In this document: positions 39,106 to 52,400 of the stretch, in pieces
How the letters are laid out: every line of letters starts with the position of its first letter
Numbering within the stretch: the stretch's first letter is position 1
DNA from: Mesotaenium endlicherianum
Taxonomy: Eukaryota
Length of the DNA: 63,508 nucleotides
Reading direction: 5' to 3'
NCBI GenBank assembly: GCA_009602735.1
Contig: WELA01000963.1
Coordinates: 38,754-102,261, forward strand
The notes under the pieces: model-generated
What the model was told of the DNA's origin: nothing
The model's input: only the letters and a program-made list of their open reading frames with translations
Databases searched by the model: none
Translations under genes and position numbers: made by a program

Positions 39106-42100
39106 ATGCTTCTTTTGGGATTAAGTATGACATTTGAAACGAAAGTTTCAGGTAAATCATTCTTTACAGTCATTGATTCAGGCGCGTCAGTAAGCTTCAT
39201 TAGTGCACGTTTTGCACAAGGGATGAAGTTGTTTCCAATACTCAAGGACAAGACTCTTCGCCTTGGCGATGGCTCGTTAGCTTGCATTACTGGAATGCTT
39301 AAATTACCGCTCAGCGTGCAGTCCTTCCATGGGCGTGTACAATTCTACGTAACTGAATTGCCGCATGGAATCGACGCAGTTTTGGGTAATGATTGGCTTA
39401 CGCAAACAAGTGCATTGCTTGACTTCAGTCAAAAGACATGCATTGTACGCAAGGGGACCAGGAAGATTTCTCTTCAGTCCCTTAAGCCCGATATGGCCTT
39501 GGAAAGTCCTTCGAAGACTCTTCTATTGTCCATAAAGCAAGCGCGACGTTTGGCAAAGCACGGTCAAAATGTTTTCTTTGGATTACTGAGACCCGATTCC
39601 CCAGCAACTTCAACTACGCTCTTTACGCAAGAACCGATGTTGGACATTACTGGTCATGAAGAAACACTCACAGCCGACCTTTTTGCTCTTTTGCAAAAGT
39701 ATAAGTCAGTGTTTCCAACTGAAATACCAGCCGGGCTTCCGCCTGATAGGGGTATTGGACATACCATCCCTCTCGTTCCCGATTCTCAACCGACTTGGCG
39801 ACCGATTTATCGCCTAAGCCCGTTGGAAACGACCGAGATGAAAGATCAAATTAACGAATTGCTGGAGGAAGGCTGGATTGAGCCGAGCTCTTCTCCATTT
39901 GGGGCCCCCATCCTCTTTGTCCAAAAGAAAGATGGAACGCTTAGAATGTGCATTGATTATTGTGCGCTGAATAACATAACGGTCAAGAACCGCTATTCGT
40001 TGCTTCGCATTGATGATTTGTTTGATTCGCTACAGGGGGCATGCGTGTTCTCCTCGCTTGATTTAGCCCAAGGCTATCATCAGATTCGAATCACACCAGA
40101 GGATGTCCCCAAAACAGCGTTTCAAACGCCTATTGGGCATTTCCAATACAAAGTCCTAAGTTTTGGACTTACCAATGCACCAGCGACATTCAAAAGTACA
40201 ATGAACGATTTGTTTAGACCTTACTTGGGGAAATTCGTCCAGGTTTACCTCGACGATATCCTCGTCTACTCAAAGAACAGGGACGAGCATTACAAGCACC
40301 TCGAGTTGGTGTTGCAAATCCTTCGTGAGCAGCAGCTGTACGCTAAGCTCAAGAAATGTTCCTTCCTAAAGGATGAACTGTTGTACCTGGGACATATAGT
40401 GGGTTCGAAAGGGGTGCGCCCTGACCCAGCCAAGATAGCGTGTGTCGCTGATTGGCCTGTCCCGACCGCTACACATACTGTACGTTCATTCCTCGGGTTT
40501 GCTAACTACTTTCGTAAGTTTATGCAAGGTTATTCAGTGATGGCCGCGCCACTCACTGCTCTGACAAGGAAAGATAAGACGTTCATTTGGGATGAGAATA
40601 CGCAACATGCGTTTGAGCGCATTAAGTATGCACTCACGAATGCGCCACTTCTTTCATTAGCCGATCCCGACTTGCCTTACGAGGTCGTCGCCGATGCGTC
40701 TGGTGTTGGAATAGGGGCTGTACTGCTGCAGGCAGGCCAGCCTATCAGTTTTGAGAGTCGAAAGCTGACACCTGCCGAACAAAATTACTCAACGACAGAG
40801 CAGGAGCTCTGGGCAGTCATATACGCTTTGAAAACTTGGCGATGTTATTTGGAAGGCTGCAAAGGTTTGACAGTGGTTACGGACCACTGCCCAAATACTT
40901 TCTTTCAAATTCAGCCAACGCTATCGAGGAGACAAACGAGATGGTCTGAATTCTTGCAACGATTCCACTTTGAGTGGGCGTATCGCCCAGGCCGCAACAA
41001 TGTTGCTGATCCTCTAAGTCGAATTCCTCACCAGCACTTGATGTTGGGGACTGTTGCGAGCTTGCGAGAACGAAATGGTCAGGTTTCGAGGGCGGCCACC
41101 CTTGATTCTGCTGTACCCCCGCAGACGTCTGACCGCAGCCAGCCTGGTGACGCGGTCACACCCGATTTGGATAGCATGCATAACTCGGAAATACTTGACT
41201 TGCATCATCTATTTCATGAGGGCTATCTCAAAGATCCGTTTTTCCTAGATCTCCAGGGTATTGGCTTGAACGATGTAGCCGTAACGATGGACAGTATGGA
41301 TAAAAGGAAAGAACACTCAAACTATTTGTTTGAGGACGGTTTTTGGTGGCACAATGGGCGCTGTAGTGAAACAGATAGATAAAGTACTTAGTAAAACAGA
41401 GTAGTTTATCTATTCAAGACAAGGATCTTTGAACACAAGTGGTAGCTTCTTGAAAGAGAGATGGCTTCTTGAAAGTTAATATATTTCTGGATTTTGGCAA
41501 GTACAAGAGTGATTCTGGAATGTCTTTCTATGTTCTAGCTCTTGTTTATATACTTGCTACATAAGTAATTTCTAGGAAAGTGTATGTTGATGTGTTGGCA
41601 CCCAACACATCCCAAAACTTGCCACCTCTTTCTAGAATAATGTACACATGTCCTTTTGACCTAAAAATGGCACATTTGACTTTTGCCACATGGAGTTCTT
41701 CTAGGTCTTTCCTCTAACTTCGAAAATGCCTTGGAAGGTTCAAAGGACATGAACCAAGTTACTAGAGTACCTATTCACACTTGACTCCACACAATACTAC
41801 TCCAAATGTATTTAAAAACATTAAAATATATGCAAACTAATATATAATAACTCAAATCACTACAGGCGCATTGCTGTCCCAGAAGACCGAGTAAGACATG
41901 TGCTACTACGAGAAGCGCATGACTCTCCTTACTCAGGTCATCATGGAATTACCAAAACCACACACTCTTTGCGCCGAGGGTACATTTGGCCGTCCCTTAA
42001 GGTTGATGTTGCCGAGTACATCATCAACTGCGCAACATTTCAGAGGAATAAACCGAGCAATACGTTGCCCGCTGGGAAGTTGCAACCATTGGAACTTGCA

Positions 42101-43278
42101 TGTGCTCCTTGGGAAAGCATAAGCCTCGACTTTGTCGTTGAATTGCCTACCACCGATCGAGGACACAGTGGGGTGCTAACGATCGTGGATCGTTTCACTA
42201 AGATGGTACACTTTGTGGCCACTACCCCAGCACTTGATGCCGTCGAGACCGCACGTCTCTTCGTAGATCACGTGTTCAAGTTGCATGGCATGCCGAAAGA
42301 AATCATAAGTGATCGTGACAGTAGATTTACGAGCCACTTCTGGCAGGAAGTTTGTTCGCATTTCGGCACGAAACTTAAGATGTCAACTAGCTTCCATCCT
42401 CAGACCGATGGTCAGACAGAACGAATGAACCGCGTTCTGCAACAGTTCCTTAGGCATTATGTGAATCCTCGCCAAGACGACTGGGATACCCTCCTTTCAG
42501 TCGCAGAGTTCGCAGTTAATAATGCTTATCAGGAAAGTGTTAAGGAAACTCCATTTTTCCTTAACTATGGGCGACATCCGCACACTTCTCTCACGCGCGT
42601 CGTTTATGCTGAGGCGGGGCTGTCAACCATGAGAGTACCAAGTGCACGCCTATTTGTCCATTCTCTTCAAGAGGTGCACAAAAACGCAAAGCTGGCTTTA
42701 GCCGCTACTCGAGATCGGCAGAAAAAGTTTGCTGACACGCACAGGACTGAGTTAAGTTTTCAAGTTGGCAATAAAGTATTTTTGCAAACTAAAAACCTCC
42801 AACTCAAGCACCCAGGAAAGCGCAAGCTTCTGCCTCGCTGGGTAGGCCCTTTTATCGTTATCGCAAAGGTTGGACCTGTTGCATACCACTGGATTTGCCT
42901 AAATCCATGGGGCAAACGCATCCTGTGTTCCATGTCAGTTTACTGAAGCTGTTTAGGTTCGATGGCCGCTATCAGCCACAAGCACCGGAATTGGAACTCG
43001 CTGATGATGATAAGGCCTGGGATGTAGAGGAGGTCTTAGGACACCGCTACACTCGTCATAAACCTCCACGCGTGGAGCTTTTGATAAAGTGGCTAGAATA
43101 CGATTCCAGTTGGAACTCGTACAGACCTCAGGTGGAAATCCTACTTAATTGTAAGGACCTGGTCCAACAATATTGGTTACGATGGGCTGATGCTCAAAAG
43201 CTCTGCGCCGAGGCAAGTGTGCTACCAAGCGCTCTTCGTAAGCCATGGAACAAACGCAAAAGAGACGCAGCCAAGTAA
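39106..43278 (+). pseudogene. pol: pol of element A (protease, RT, RNase H, integrase, chromodomain), interrupted by a solo LTR and a frameshift
   Basis: IDSGAS protease; YLDDILVYS RT; DASGVGIGAVL RNase H; HDSPYSGHHG..C integrase Zn finger; PQTDGQTER; chromodomain WDVEEVLGHR...LIKW. Removing 41362-41869 restores WWHNGR|IAVPEDR in frame; 1-nt loss near 42890. Confidence 0.93.
41362..41864 (-). mobile_element. Solo LTR (503 bp) of family B inserted in pol of element A
   Basis: tgtagtga...tcactaca flanked by perfect TSD ggcgc (41357-41361 and 41865-41869); homologous to the LTR at 55655-56158. Confidence 0.95.
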
Positions 43279-45325
43279 TCGCTCTTTTCCGTCGCTGTGA
43301 TGATGCATAGTCCAATCGCTCACCAATGTTTCCCGCTAGTCAAGGCTAGTATGGACACATCTACGACTTAAAAGACGTACGCTTAACGAGGACGTTAAGT
43401 TCTTTTAAGGGGGGAGGAGTGTAACGATTTGAACTTTTTAGGCGTATTTGGGACGTTTTCCCAATTACCTAAGATACGTTATACTATTTATCATAAGTTA
43501 TTTGATAAATGATTGCATCACATTGAATTATTCGCCACACACGTGTGCCGATTAATTCCCGGTCGATTGGCGAAACGACCGAGATACTATTGCAAAAAGC
43601 GTCGTGACGTAATTCGACTACTTCGCAAAAGAACAACATAATTATTCATAAAGTTACTTTGAATAATTATGAGATGATAATTTAATTAATCATTGTTTGA
43701 TTAAGTTATTTTGATTGTCATTATTACGAAAAATGGACAATCACAGATTTCGGATTACGACTAGTCGTAATACGAAGAAACTGTCGTATCATTAATACAA
43801 ACAAACAGCCGTAAAGTCAAACGAAACGAAATATGCAAAGTCGCTTTGCATCCGAGCGGATTCGAACCCGCGACTTTCGTTTGAAACGTTCACACCTAAC
43901 TGATTGGCCAAAGTATTTTTTAAAACTACCGGTTCATGACGAAAGCATCTGTACGCGACTCCGCGATCAATCGCAACTTTTTCGAAAAGTCGCGAGAACG
44001 TGAAAACGCCCGTTTGGCGCGAAACGATTTTTCGGAAATCGTCGAAAAGTCTCCAAACGGCCAACTGCGCGTTTCGAGCATTCGGCCGAATGGGACACGT
44101 CCCTTCGACCGTTTTCGTTGAACATGAACCAGTGCCCTAGGTGGTGACTCGAAGCACTCCAGTGCCTCATGTTGTGCAGGAATAAATGCCTGCAGAGTCA
44201 TTGTGAGTGCAACTCTCACAAGCACACATTCTACGTTAGTTTTCACTTTCGCTCTTTCGAGTATTCGTCAATTTCCACAAGTATACAGATTTTCCTCCCA
44301 CTTGAATTAAATATTCCTTGAATACCGAGGAAAGATCCTCTCGAAAAGCAGAAACGTCACATACAAGCATCCTGACCCCCTTGTGTTCAGAGATTTTTAT
44401 TACTCTGACCAAAGCTTCAAATTGAGCGAACTTAGATTCTAAAGAATCACTTAATCATGGACTACAGCTAGGTAACATATCAGAATTTAATTTGAAGAGA
44501 TCTATCAGCGATAGCAGTTTTAGTTTTCTATTCAAAAATTGCGAGAAGAGAAGAGTGCCTAATGTCAATTTTTTCTCATTCTGGTTCTTGCAGGCTGCCT
44601 CCAAGGGGTCTTCTGCTGCTTCTTGATGGTAGTAGGCTGCCTCCCTGAACTCTTTTGGCTTGTAAGAGAGAGACTTGGGGCTGGTCTGAGATGGGGGTTG
44701 GCGGCATGGAAGCGTTTCAGCTCTCTTTGAACTTTGTCAAGGTAGTGCGCCGCCACCCGACTATCATTATCTAGATATCCTTTCCACTTGATCAAGTATT
44801 GCTGCTGTCTCTTGAAATTTCTCATAGTCAATATGTCTTCCACTGCGTACTCCAAATGGTTATCCATTATCTTTGGGGCTAGTGGGGTTGTCACTCGTCT
44901 CGGGAACTTATTGTCTGGTTGCACATATGGCTTGAAAAGAGAAGCGTGGAATACGGGATCGATGTGCATAATCTGGGGGAGTTCTAGCTTGAAAGCAACG
45001 GGGTTGACTTGCTGGATAATCTTGAAGGGTCCCAAATACTTGGGAGATAACTTGTTGCCGGCAGGCCTGTTGTTCAAGGAAATATTCTTGGATGAGTAAT
45101 ACGTTGTCACCCACTCTGTATGTAATTTTTCTTCTGGACCTGTTTGCCACTCTTGCTTGAGCATCTTGCGCGTGTTGTAGAGCTTTCTTGAATGCTGCAA
45201 GGGCTGCTTTAAATGTCTCCAAAAAAGCTGTTGCTGCAGGTACTTCATCATGGCTAGACGTGAAGCTAAGTGGCGTGGTCGGATGGAAGCCATATTTGAG
45301 GAAGAATGGGGACTCTTGGGTAGAG

Positions 45326-45568
45326 CCTCGTTTTGAAATTTGGATACAGCGCATACGTGTGTACGGCGCCATGCGTACAGTACGTGAGAGTCAAACCTGT
45401 ACGTTGGAATACGCCACAATACGTGAGTGTCGGTGGAATAAATCGACTATAAATTGGAAATAAATCAAAAAAATTGGTTATACGCCAATACGGAAGATCA
45501 TGATACGGAGTATTGCAACACGCACGATTTGGCCAAAAGAGGCAGTACAGGAGTACTTTAAAACTAGG
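45326..45568. mobile_element. 243-bp non-autonomous hAT-type MITE in the integrase of element B
   Basis: 8-bp TSD gggtagag (45318-45325 and 45569-45576); imperfect TIRs cctcgttttgaa / ttaaaactagg; many internal (A)TACG motifs; excision restores FAYNNTTQASTQESPFF. Confidence 0.85.
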
Positions 45569-47975
45569 GGGTAGAGGCCTGCGTCGTGTTGTTGTAGGCA
45601 AACTCCAAGAGGGTCAAGTACATGTCCCAATCTTGCTCCAGAGTAGACACGTAGGCCTTTAGAGAGGTCTTTGGGGTACGATTCATGCGCTCTGTTTGTC
45701 CATCTGATTGTGGGTGGTAGGCAGTGGACATATCCAGCGATGTACCCATGTTTTTGAAAAGATATTTCCAAAAAGGGCTTGTGAATCTTGGATCTCTATC
45801 CGTCACATTTCTTGATGGTAGTCCATGCAGTCGAAAGATGTTGTCAAAGATGAGTCTTACTACTTGGGGTGCTTTAACCTTGGTCGTTGTGGGAATGAAA
45901 TGAGTCATCTTGGTAAGTCTGTCCACCACCGTTAGTATTGCATTATGGCCTCGAGGTGTCACAAGGGTCAACAATAAGGTCCATTGAGATGTCCGTCCAT
46001 TGCCTCTCAGGGATTGGTAGTGGTTGGAGAAGTCCTCCCGCCTTTTGTGATGACGACTTGACTCTTTGGCATGTATCACAGCTCCTGCAGTACTCCTTGA
46101 CTTGCTTAGACATGCCTGACTAGCAATAAGTCTTGGCTAAAATGCCCGTGGTCTTTAGGATCCCAAAGTGTCCTCCAAGAGGGTTGTGGTGTGCTTCTCG
46201 TAGAAGCAAGAGTCGGAGGTCTAAGTCATTGGGAACACATCTCTGGCCCGTGTCTTGCCTCACCCAATAATTGCCTTCTTGCTCCTTGTATGGGTCCAAT
46301 GCTACTTCTCCGTTCTTGTAGTAAGGGTCTCTTTCATAGGCAACTAAAAATTGAGCTTCTAGATCTGTCTTCAGGGATGTCATCACTGCGTTTAATTCCA
46401 GTCTTGAGAGGCGGTCAGCCGGATTTGTCTTGCCAGGCTGGTACTGAATCGTAATATTGTATTATTGCAAGTACCCACTCCATCTTGCTTGTCTTCTAGA
46501 GTGACGGGGTTGTGTCTGGATGTGCTTCAACACTTCGTGGTTCGTAGTGACCAGCACCTTGCGACTTTTGACATAGCAGCGCCAAACCTTCAAGGCATGT
46601 ATAATCACCAATGCCTCTCACTCCGTGGTTGTATAGGGTTTACTCGGCTGGATTTAGCTTCCTCGACTCGTAGGCGATGGGTCGCAGTCCCTGGCCTTGG
46701 TCTTGGAGCAGGATTGCTCCTATTTCATAGGAAGGTGCATCGGTGATGACGTGGAAGGGCAAATCTGGGTTTGGACTTGGGAGTGTGAGCACCGGGGATG
46801 TCGTCAATTTTTTCTTCAGTTGTTAGAATGCTTCCTCCTCTTTCTTGGTCCAAACATATGCCTTGTCCTTCTTGAGTAGACCTGTGAGGGGGGCTGCTAT
46901 GTGCGAGAGGCTCTGGATGAATATCCTATACCATTGGCAATTCCCAGGAATGATTGGAGTTCTTTCTTGGTAGTGGGGGTTGGCCATTTCTCCACCACCG
47001 TGGTCTTTTTAAGGTCCATCTTGATGCCATCAGCAGTCACGTTGAGACCTAGGAACTCCACTTCTTGTTTAGCAAACTTGCTCTTTGACTCCTGAGCAAA
47101 TAGCTTGTTTTGCTTCAATACTTCAAGGGCTTTTCAAGTGTCTTGCATGCTCTTCGAGGGTCTTGCTGTAGATAAGGATGTCGTCAATGAATACCACCAC
47201 AAATCTGTCCAACATGGGCTGTGTAATGAATCAGTATATTGGTTGATATAATATTCATTTAAATATAACAGTTAATATAGTTCAGCCTGCTGAACTCTAG
47301 TTAATAATCAGTCTGCTGGACTTTATATTTAATATCAGTTTAATGACTCCGCCCAAAGCAGCAGGCTGAAGTCAGCTTAAGTCAGCTTGCTGACACATTC
47401 TTTGACAGCCAGCTGACTTCCGTACTCGATAGCAGCGAACTGCCTCGATATGCATCTAAGTGTGGTATGCTAGATGAATGGCCAGCTGACATCCCTATGA
47501 TGGATGGCGATTTGGGATGATGGGAGATGGCGGTGGATTTGGTTAACCGAGGTCCTACCAACGTGGTTAACTCCCGGGTAGGCGGTGCCATCGCACTGGC
47601 CGTTGAACAGTAAACTCATTCCATGTACATATGCTAGGCATTGCTCTCGAGTTCGGCATTCGGAAACGAGGCCAACTCTCTTGTACAGCTTACTGAGAGA
47701 ACTCTGAATCCAAGGCGAGAAGCCATTGATACGCACTGTCTTCTAACCTTGCTTATGTATGAGTTTACTGATTTGCATCATTGATGCTAGTTTACTCGCA
47801 TTTGACTTACGAGTATTATTCCCTGCTAGTGTATTGTCCTTTGCCGTTTAACTAGTTAACGGAAATACCATAAAGATTACTTGCTGATATAAAGATCTTT
47901 ATTAATTGTTAATCGCCTATTTGGTAAGTCGATTCATTTCAGTGGTATCGGAGCAGTTATCACAGTCTTCTTTGT

Positions 47976-49454
47976 ATGGTAAGGACAAGGTCTCAAACTA
48001 GCAACTCCCGAGACATGGAGAACCAGGATAACGAGAATGTCGAAAACCAGGCGGAAAGCCATGTAGCGGGAAACCGTACCTATTCGGAAGCAGTAGCGGA
48101 TACTGCAGCTAGGGAGGCTGCAGATGAGGCAGCTGCTATTGCCTCAGTCGCAGCTCAGCAAGCTGAGGAGGAGATAGCCAGACTAGAAGCTGAACAAGTA
48201 GCAAAGGCCGCTGAAGATATACAAAGGAGGGAAGGACAGCCAGCTGACGAGCGCACTGTTGAAGAACTTATGGCATCAAGGGCCAATGTTCTGAACCCAC
48301 CTCCTGCCGTACAACTCAATGTACCCCTAGGTCAAATACGTGACCGGCTGAATGCGGCAGGAATTGCTGCTGCAGGAGCAAGAGGGATTGTTGAGGACAC
48401 TACTCAGCGAGTAGATGCCAATGCTGCTGCTGCATTTGCTAATCTACCACCCCAAAATGTAGACTTGGGAGCATTGTTCGTTCAGATGCAGTCGCAAATG
48501 GCGACCATGTATCAGTCCCAGCAGGAGGACAAAAGAATCATAATGTCCCTACTCCGGGACAGAGACCAACTGGGGTCTCACACCACTAGTGGTGGTGGCC
48601 GAGGGCCTAGTAAGCCCAAGCCGAAACCTCCCCAGGACTATGATCCTGAGGGAAACAGAAAATATTACCTGATCAAGTTTCTCGCGGATGTTGAGCAGTG
48701 GCTGGAGAACTACCCAGAACTGCAAGATTACGAGAAGGTCAGGCACACCGGTGCGCTACTGAAAGGCAGTGCCGCAGACTGGTGGCTTTACTGGAAGGAA
48801 GAGCGTAAGGCTCGGCAACTCGGTGACCCTACGTGGGTAGAGTTTGTCGAGAAGTTGCATGAGAAGTTTGATGTCATCAACCAGCAGGAGAAAGCTATCT
48901 ATGCGATGATCTCCCTGACACTGAAGCAGACCACTTCAGTTGCTGAGTTTGCTCAAAAGTTCCAAGAGAACATGATGAAGCAGCCTGATTTGCCAGAACG
49001 GTATAGGATAGCATACTTCAGGTATGGCTTGAAATCCGAGGTCTCTGGTCATTTTGCTGAGAAAAAGTATGAGAAACTGGCTGACTTGATCCAGGATGCT
49101 GACGCCTGGGATCAGCAGCAGTTCAATCACAAGCGCCAGAGTAACGCTTTGGTGTCTAAGATTGTCAAAAAGCCCCACGGTTCCTACAATGCAGTTGAAG
49201 GAGACCAGGCTGAGGATAATCAGGGTGATGAATATGAGTATGAGTACAATGCTATTCAGTCTAGAGGTAGAGGTGGTCCCTCTCGAGGTGGCTATGGAAG
49301 GGGTGGTGGTAGGACTAAGCCGAGACCAGCCTCAGCAAAATCTACTTGCTACCATTGTCAGCAGAAAGGCCACTACAGAGAACAGTGTCCGGTCAAGCAC
49401 CTGCCTAAGGTCGAGAGAAAAGACCAGCCTTTAAAAGACAGCAACAGTCAGTAA
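47976..49454 (+). CDS. gag: Gag of element C
   Basis: Intact 492-aa ORF; Retrotrans_gag-like core ([10 protein letters not shown]...TWVEFVEKL...[10 protein letters not shown]), RGG patch, CCHC knuckle [14 protein letters not shown]. Confidence 0.92.
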   Translation: MVRTRSQTSNSRDMENQDNENVENQAESHVAGNRTYSEAVADTAAREAADEAAAIASVAAQQAEEEIARLEAEQVAKAAEDIQRREGQPADERTVEELMASRANVLNPPPAVQLNVPLGQIRDRLNAAGIAAAGARGIVEDTTQRVDANAAAAFANLPPQNVDLGALFVQMQSQMATMYQSQQEDKRIIMSLLRDRDQLGSHTTSGGGRGPSKPKPKPPQDYDPEGNRKYYLIKFLADVEQWLENYPELQDYEKVRHTGALLKGSAADWWLYWKEERKARQLGDPTWVEFVEKLHEKFDVINQQEKAIYAMISLTLKQTTSVAEFAQKFQENMMKQPDLPERYRIAYFRYGLKSEVSGHFAEKKYEKLADLIQDADAWDQQQFNHKRQSNALVSKIVKKPHGSYNAVEGDQAEDNQGDEYEYEYNAIQSRGRGGPSRGGYGRGGGRTKPRPASAKSTCYHCQQKGHYREQCPVKHLPKVERKDQPLKDSNSQ

Positions 49455-49477
49455 TCCAGTCTACTGACTGTGAGGAT
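49430..49477 (+). promoter_or_regulatory. Predicted -1 programmed ribosomal frameshift signal between gag and pol of element C
   Basis: U_UUA_AAA heptamer 49430-49436 in gag frame; 7-nt spacer; perfect 10-bp stem acagtcagta/tactgactgt; loop atcc complementary to ggat at 49474-49477; pol is in the -1 frame and open from the heptamer. Confidence 0.8.
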
Positions 49478-52400
49478 GCTAGAGATAGTGAGTCGTCACT
49501 AGCTGCCCTCGTAGCAGGTATTATGGGTCCTGCTGAACTGGATTCACTATGCATGCCTGACAAACAGATAAAGGAGACCATCAGCAATATAGACGTCCAG
49601 AGAGTGCACACTCTGGATGCTCTTGTTCCACCTGATGTCCAACATTTCTTTGCTACGTCAGGAGAACAATGCGAAAGTCAGGAAAAGACAGTCCCCCCTA
49701 TCCTACTGCATTGCATGATTGCAGGTAGGAAGGTGAGGGCATTTGTTGACGGAGGGGCGTCACATACTTTTATCCACAAGGACTTAGTTAAGCGGCTAAG
49801 GCTGCCTACTGTCACCCAAGGGAATAGAAAAATATTCCTTGGAGATGCCTCAAGTATCCCGGGAGGAGTTATAACCAAGCCTATTGAGGTCCAGTTAGGT
49901 TCTGGCATTGCAGTTCTAACTGAAACGCTTACATTTGAGGTACTCAACACTGGCTTTTATGATCTCGTGCTAGGCAGGTCCTGGCTTAATAGACATCAAG
50001 CTGAAGTGTGTTGGAGCAGAGGTACAGTTAAAGTGAGAGGAGCCAGTGATGGGCAGACTGACTTGGCACCCACCAGTGCTCTTCCTCTTGTCCTGTGTGG
50101 ATGGCAAATGAAGGAAAAGAAGAGGCTTCCAGAAGGATGCAAGTTGCTGAATGCAATGGAGTTCGTCAAAAGCTGGAACCAGAAGGAAGACAGAATGTTC
50201 TGTCTGCTGCTAAGAGAGGTACCTCCTCAACCTGAAGAAGTGGTTGAGAAAAAGGTACACCCTCCGGAGCACCCTACTGCTGCAAACATTGTTGCTCAGT
50301 ACACGGATGTGTTTAATATGCCTCCAGGACTACCCCCTAAGCGGGAAGTAGATCATAGGATTGATTTATTACCTGGTAGCCAGCCACCCTGGCAACGCAC
50401 GTATGGCTTGTCTTATTTGGAGAGTGAGGAGTTGAAAACACAGATTGCAGAGCTGGAGGAAAATGGTTACATTTCTCCCAGTAAATCACCGTACGGCGCA
50501 CCTATCCTATTTGTTAAGAAAAAGGATGGCAGTATGCGGATGTGTGTGGATTACAGAGCCCTGAACAGAATTACAGTAAAGAACAAGTATGCTTTACCCA
50601 GAATCGAGGACTTGCTTGATACCCTGTCTGGCGCTAAGGTGTTCAGTAAGATAGATCTCAAGAGTGGTTATCATCAAATCAGAATTGCTGAGGGGGATGA
50701 ACACAAGACTGCCTTCCGCACACGTTATGGACACTATGAGTTCAACGTGATGCCATTTGGACTGACTAATGCTCCTGCTACCTTTATGGGTGCTATGAAT
50801 GACATTTTCAGACCTTATTTGGATAAGTTTGTGCAAGTTTTCCTGGATGATATTTTAATTTTCTCTAAAGATGAAGCTCAGCACACTGAACACTTAAAGA
50901 AAGTGCTGGACACTCTGCGGAAAAATCACTTGTATGCTAAAATGAGCAAGTGTGATTTCTTTAAGGAAAGTATTGAATTCTTAGGCCACGTTGTCAGTAA
51001 AGAGGGCATCAGTGTGGATCCTAAGAAAGTTCAGACCATAAGGGACTGGCCAGTACCACAGTCTGTCTCTGAAGTTAGATCCTTCCTCGGGTTGGCTAAC
51101 TACTATAGGAGATTTATTGAGAATTATTCCACAAAGGCCAGTAAACTGACTGACCTTACTAAAAAAGACATAGGGTATGTGTGGCGGGAAGAGCAACAGG
51201 CTGCCTTCCAGACCCTTAAAGATGCCCTTTGTTCTGCCCCAGTGCTAGCCGTGTATGACCCCAGCAAACCGGTGCAGGTGGTTACTGATGCCTCTGACTT
51301 TGCCATGGGTGCTATTTTGTTGCAGCCTGCTGACAAAACCACTAAGGATGGTAAGGTACGGCANNNNNNNNNNNNNNNNNNNNNNNNNNNNNNNNNNNNN
51401 NNNNNNNNNNNNNNNNNNNNNNNNNNNNNNNNNNNNNNNNNNNNNNNNNNNNNNNNNNNNNNNNNNNNNNNNNNNNNNNNNNNNNNNNNNNNNNNNNNNN
51501 NNNNNNNNNNNNNNNNNNNNNNNNNNNNNNNNNNNNNNNNNNNNNNNNNNNNNNNNNNNNNNNNNNNNNNNNNNATCATCTAGCTCTGACTCACTTTCAG
51601 AAGAAGTCCAAGCTGTCGAGGAGGGAGAACCGCTGGAGCCAGATGCTGGAGCAGTTCCAAGTCCAGATCGACTACAAACCAGGGAAGTTGAATCCTGCTG
51701 ATGCACTCTCTAGAAGACCTGACTTGCAAGAAAGGAACTTTAGTCAGCATGCTGTAGATAAAGTCCTGTGAGCACTCACTTCACTAAAGGTGAAAAGGTC
51801 CTTCCTTGAACAACTTAGAAGAGCCTACCTTTCGGACCCAACATTTGAGCCCAGCCCCACTACTGGTGTGTGTCGTGCTACTGCACTCGGGTATAAATTT
51901 AAGGGAGGGGTCTGGGTGACTGAAACCACTTCAGGCAGGCTGAAGCTGGTCATTCCTAATAACTTGGAAATAAGGTCTCTTTTATTGAGTCAAGCTCATG
52001 AAAGTTCACTGGGTGGGCATTTGGGGCAGGCCAAAACTGTTGGCAAACTGGCAAAACATTATCACTAGGAGGGGTTGCCCCGGGAGGTCTTGAAATACGT
52101 GAGGTCCTGTGATCAGTGTCAAAGAAATAAGTCTAGGCACACACCGCCGGGAGGTCTCTTGCAACCGCTGCCCATCCCAGCGGGACGCTGGGAAACTATA
52201 TCCATGGACTGGGTGGTCACACTGCCAAGAACTGCTAATGGGCATGATTCGATACTGGTAGTTGTGGATAAACTTACAAAAATGGTCATTTTCATCCCCA
52301 CAACTGTCAAAGTAACTGCACTCAAAACATCGAAACAATTCTACAACCTTGTAGTATGCCAACATGGGCTACCGTCTAATATAATCTCAGACCGAGACTC

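Larger units (their letters stand above)
37197..44361 (+). mobile_element. Ty3/gypsy chromovirus LTR retrotransposon A (full length, inactivated)
   Basis: LTRs 37197-38139 and 43420-44361 (TG...CA, roughly 4% different by manual count); PBS tggtatcggagcc 38141-38153; PPT aaggggggaggag 43407-43419; TSD tgcaa/tacaa (1 mismatch); PR-RT-RH-IN-chromodomain order. Confidence 0.95.

Noticed and set aside
41362..41864. Solo LTR as the missing 3' LTR of element B
   Set aside because: It has its own matching TSD on both sides and A's pol is continuous across it, so it is an independent insertion.
47222..47941. Hammerhead, twister or pistol ribozyme in the LTR of C (retrozyme-like)
   Set aside because: No CUGANGA/GAAA core in a compatible stem context, and no twister or pistol consensus found by eye.
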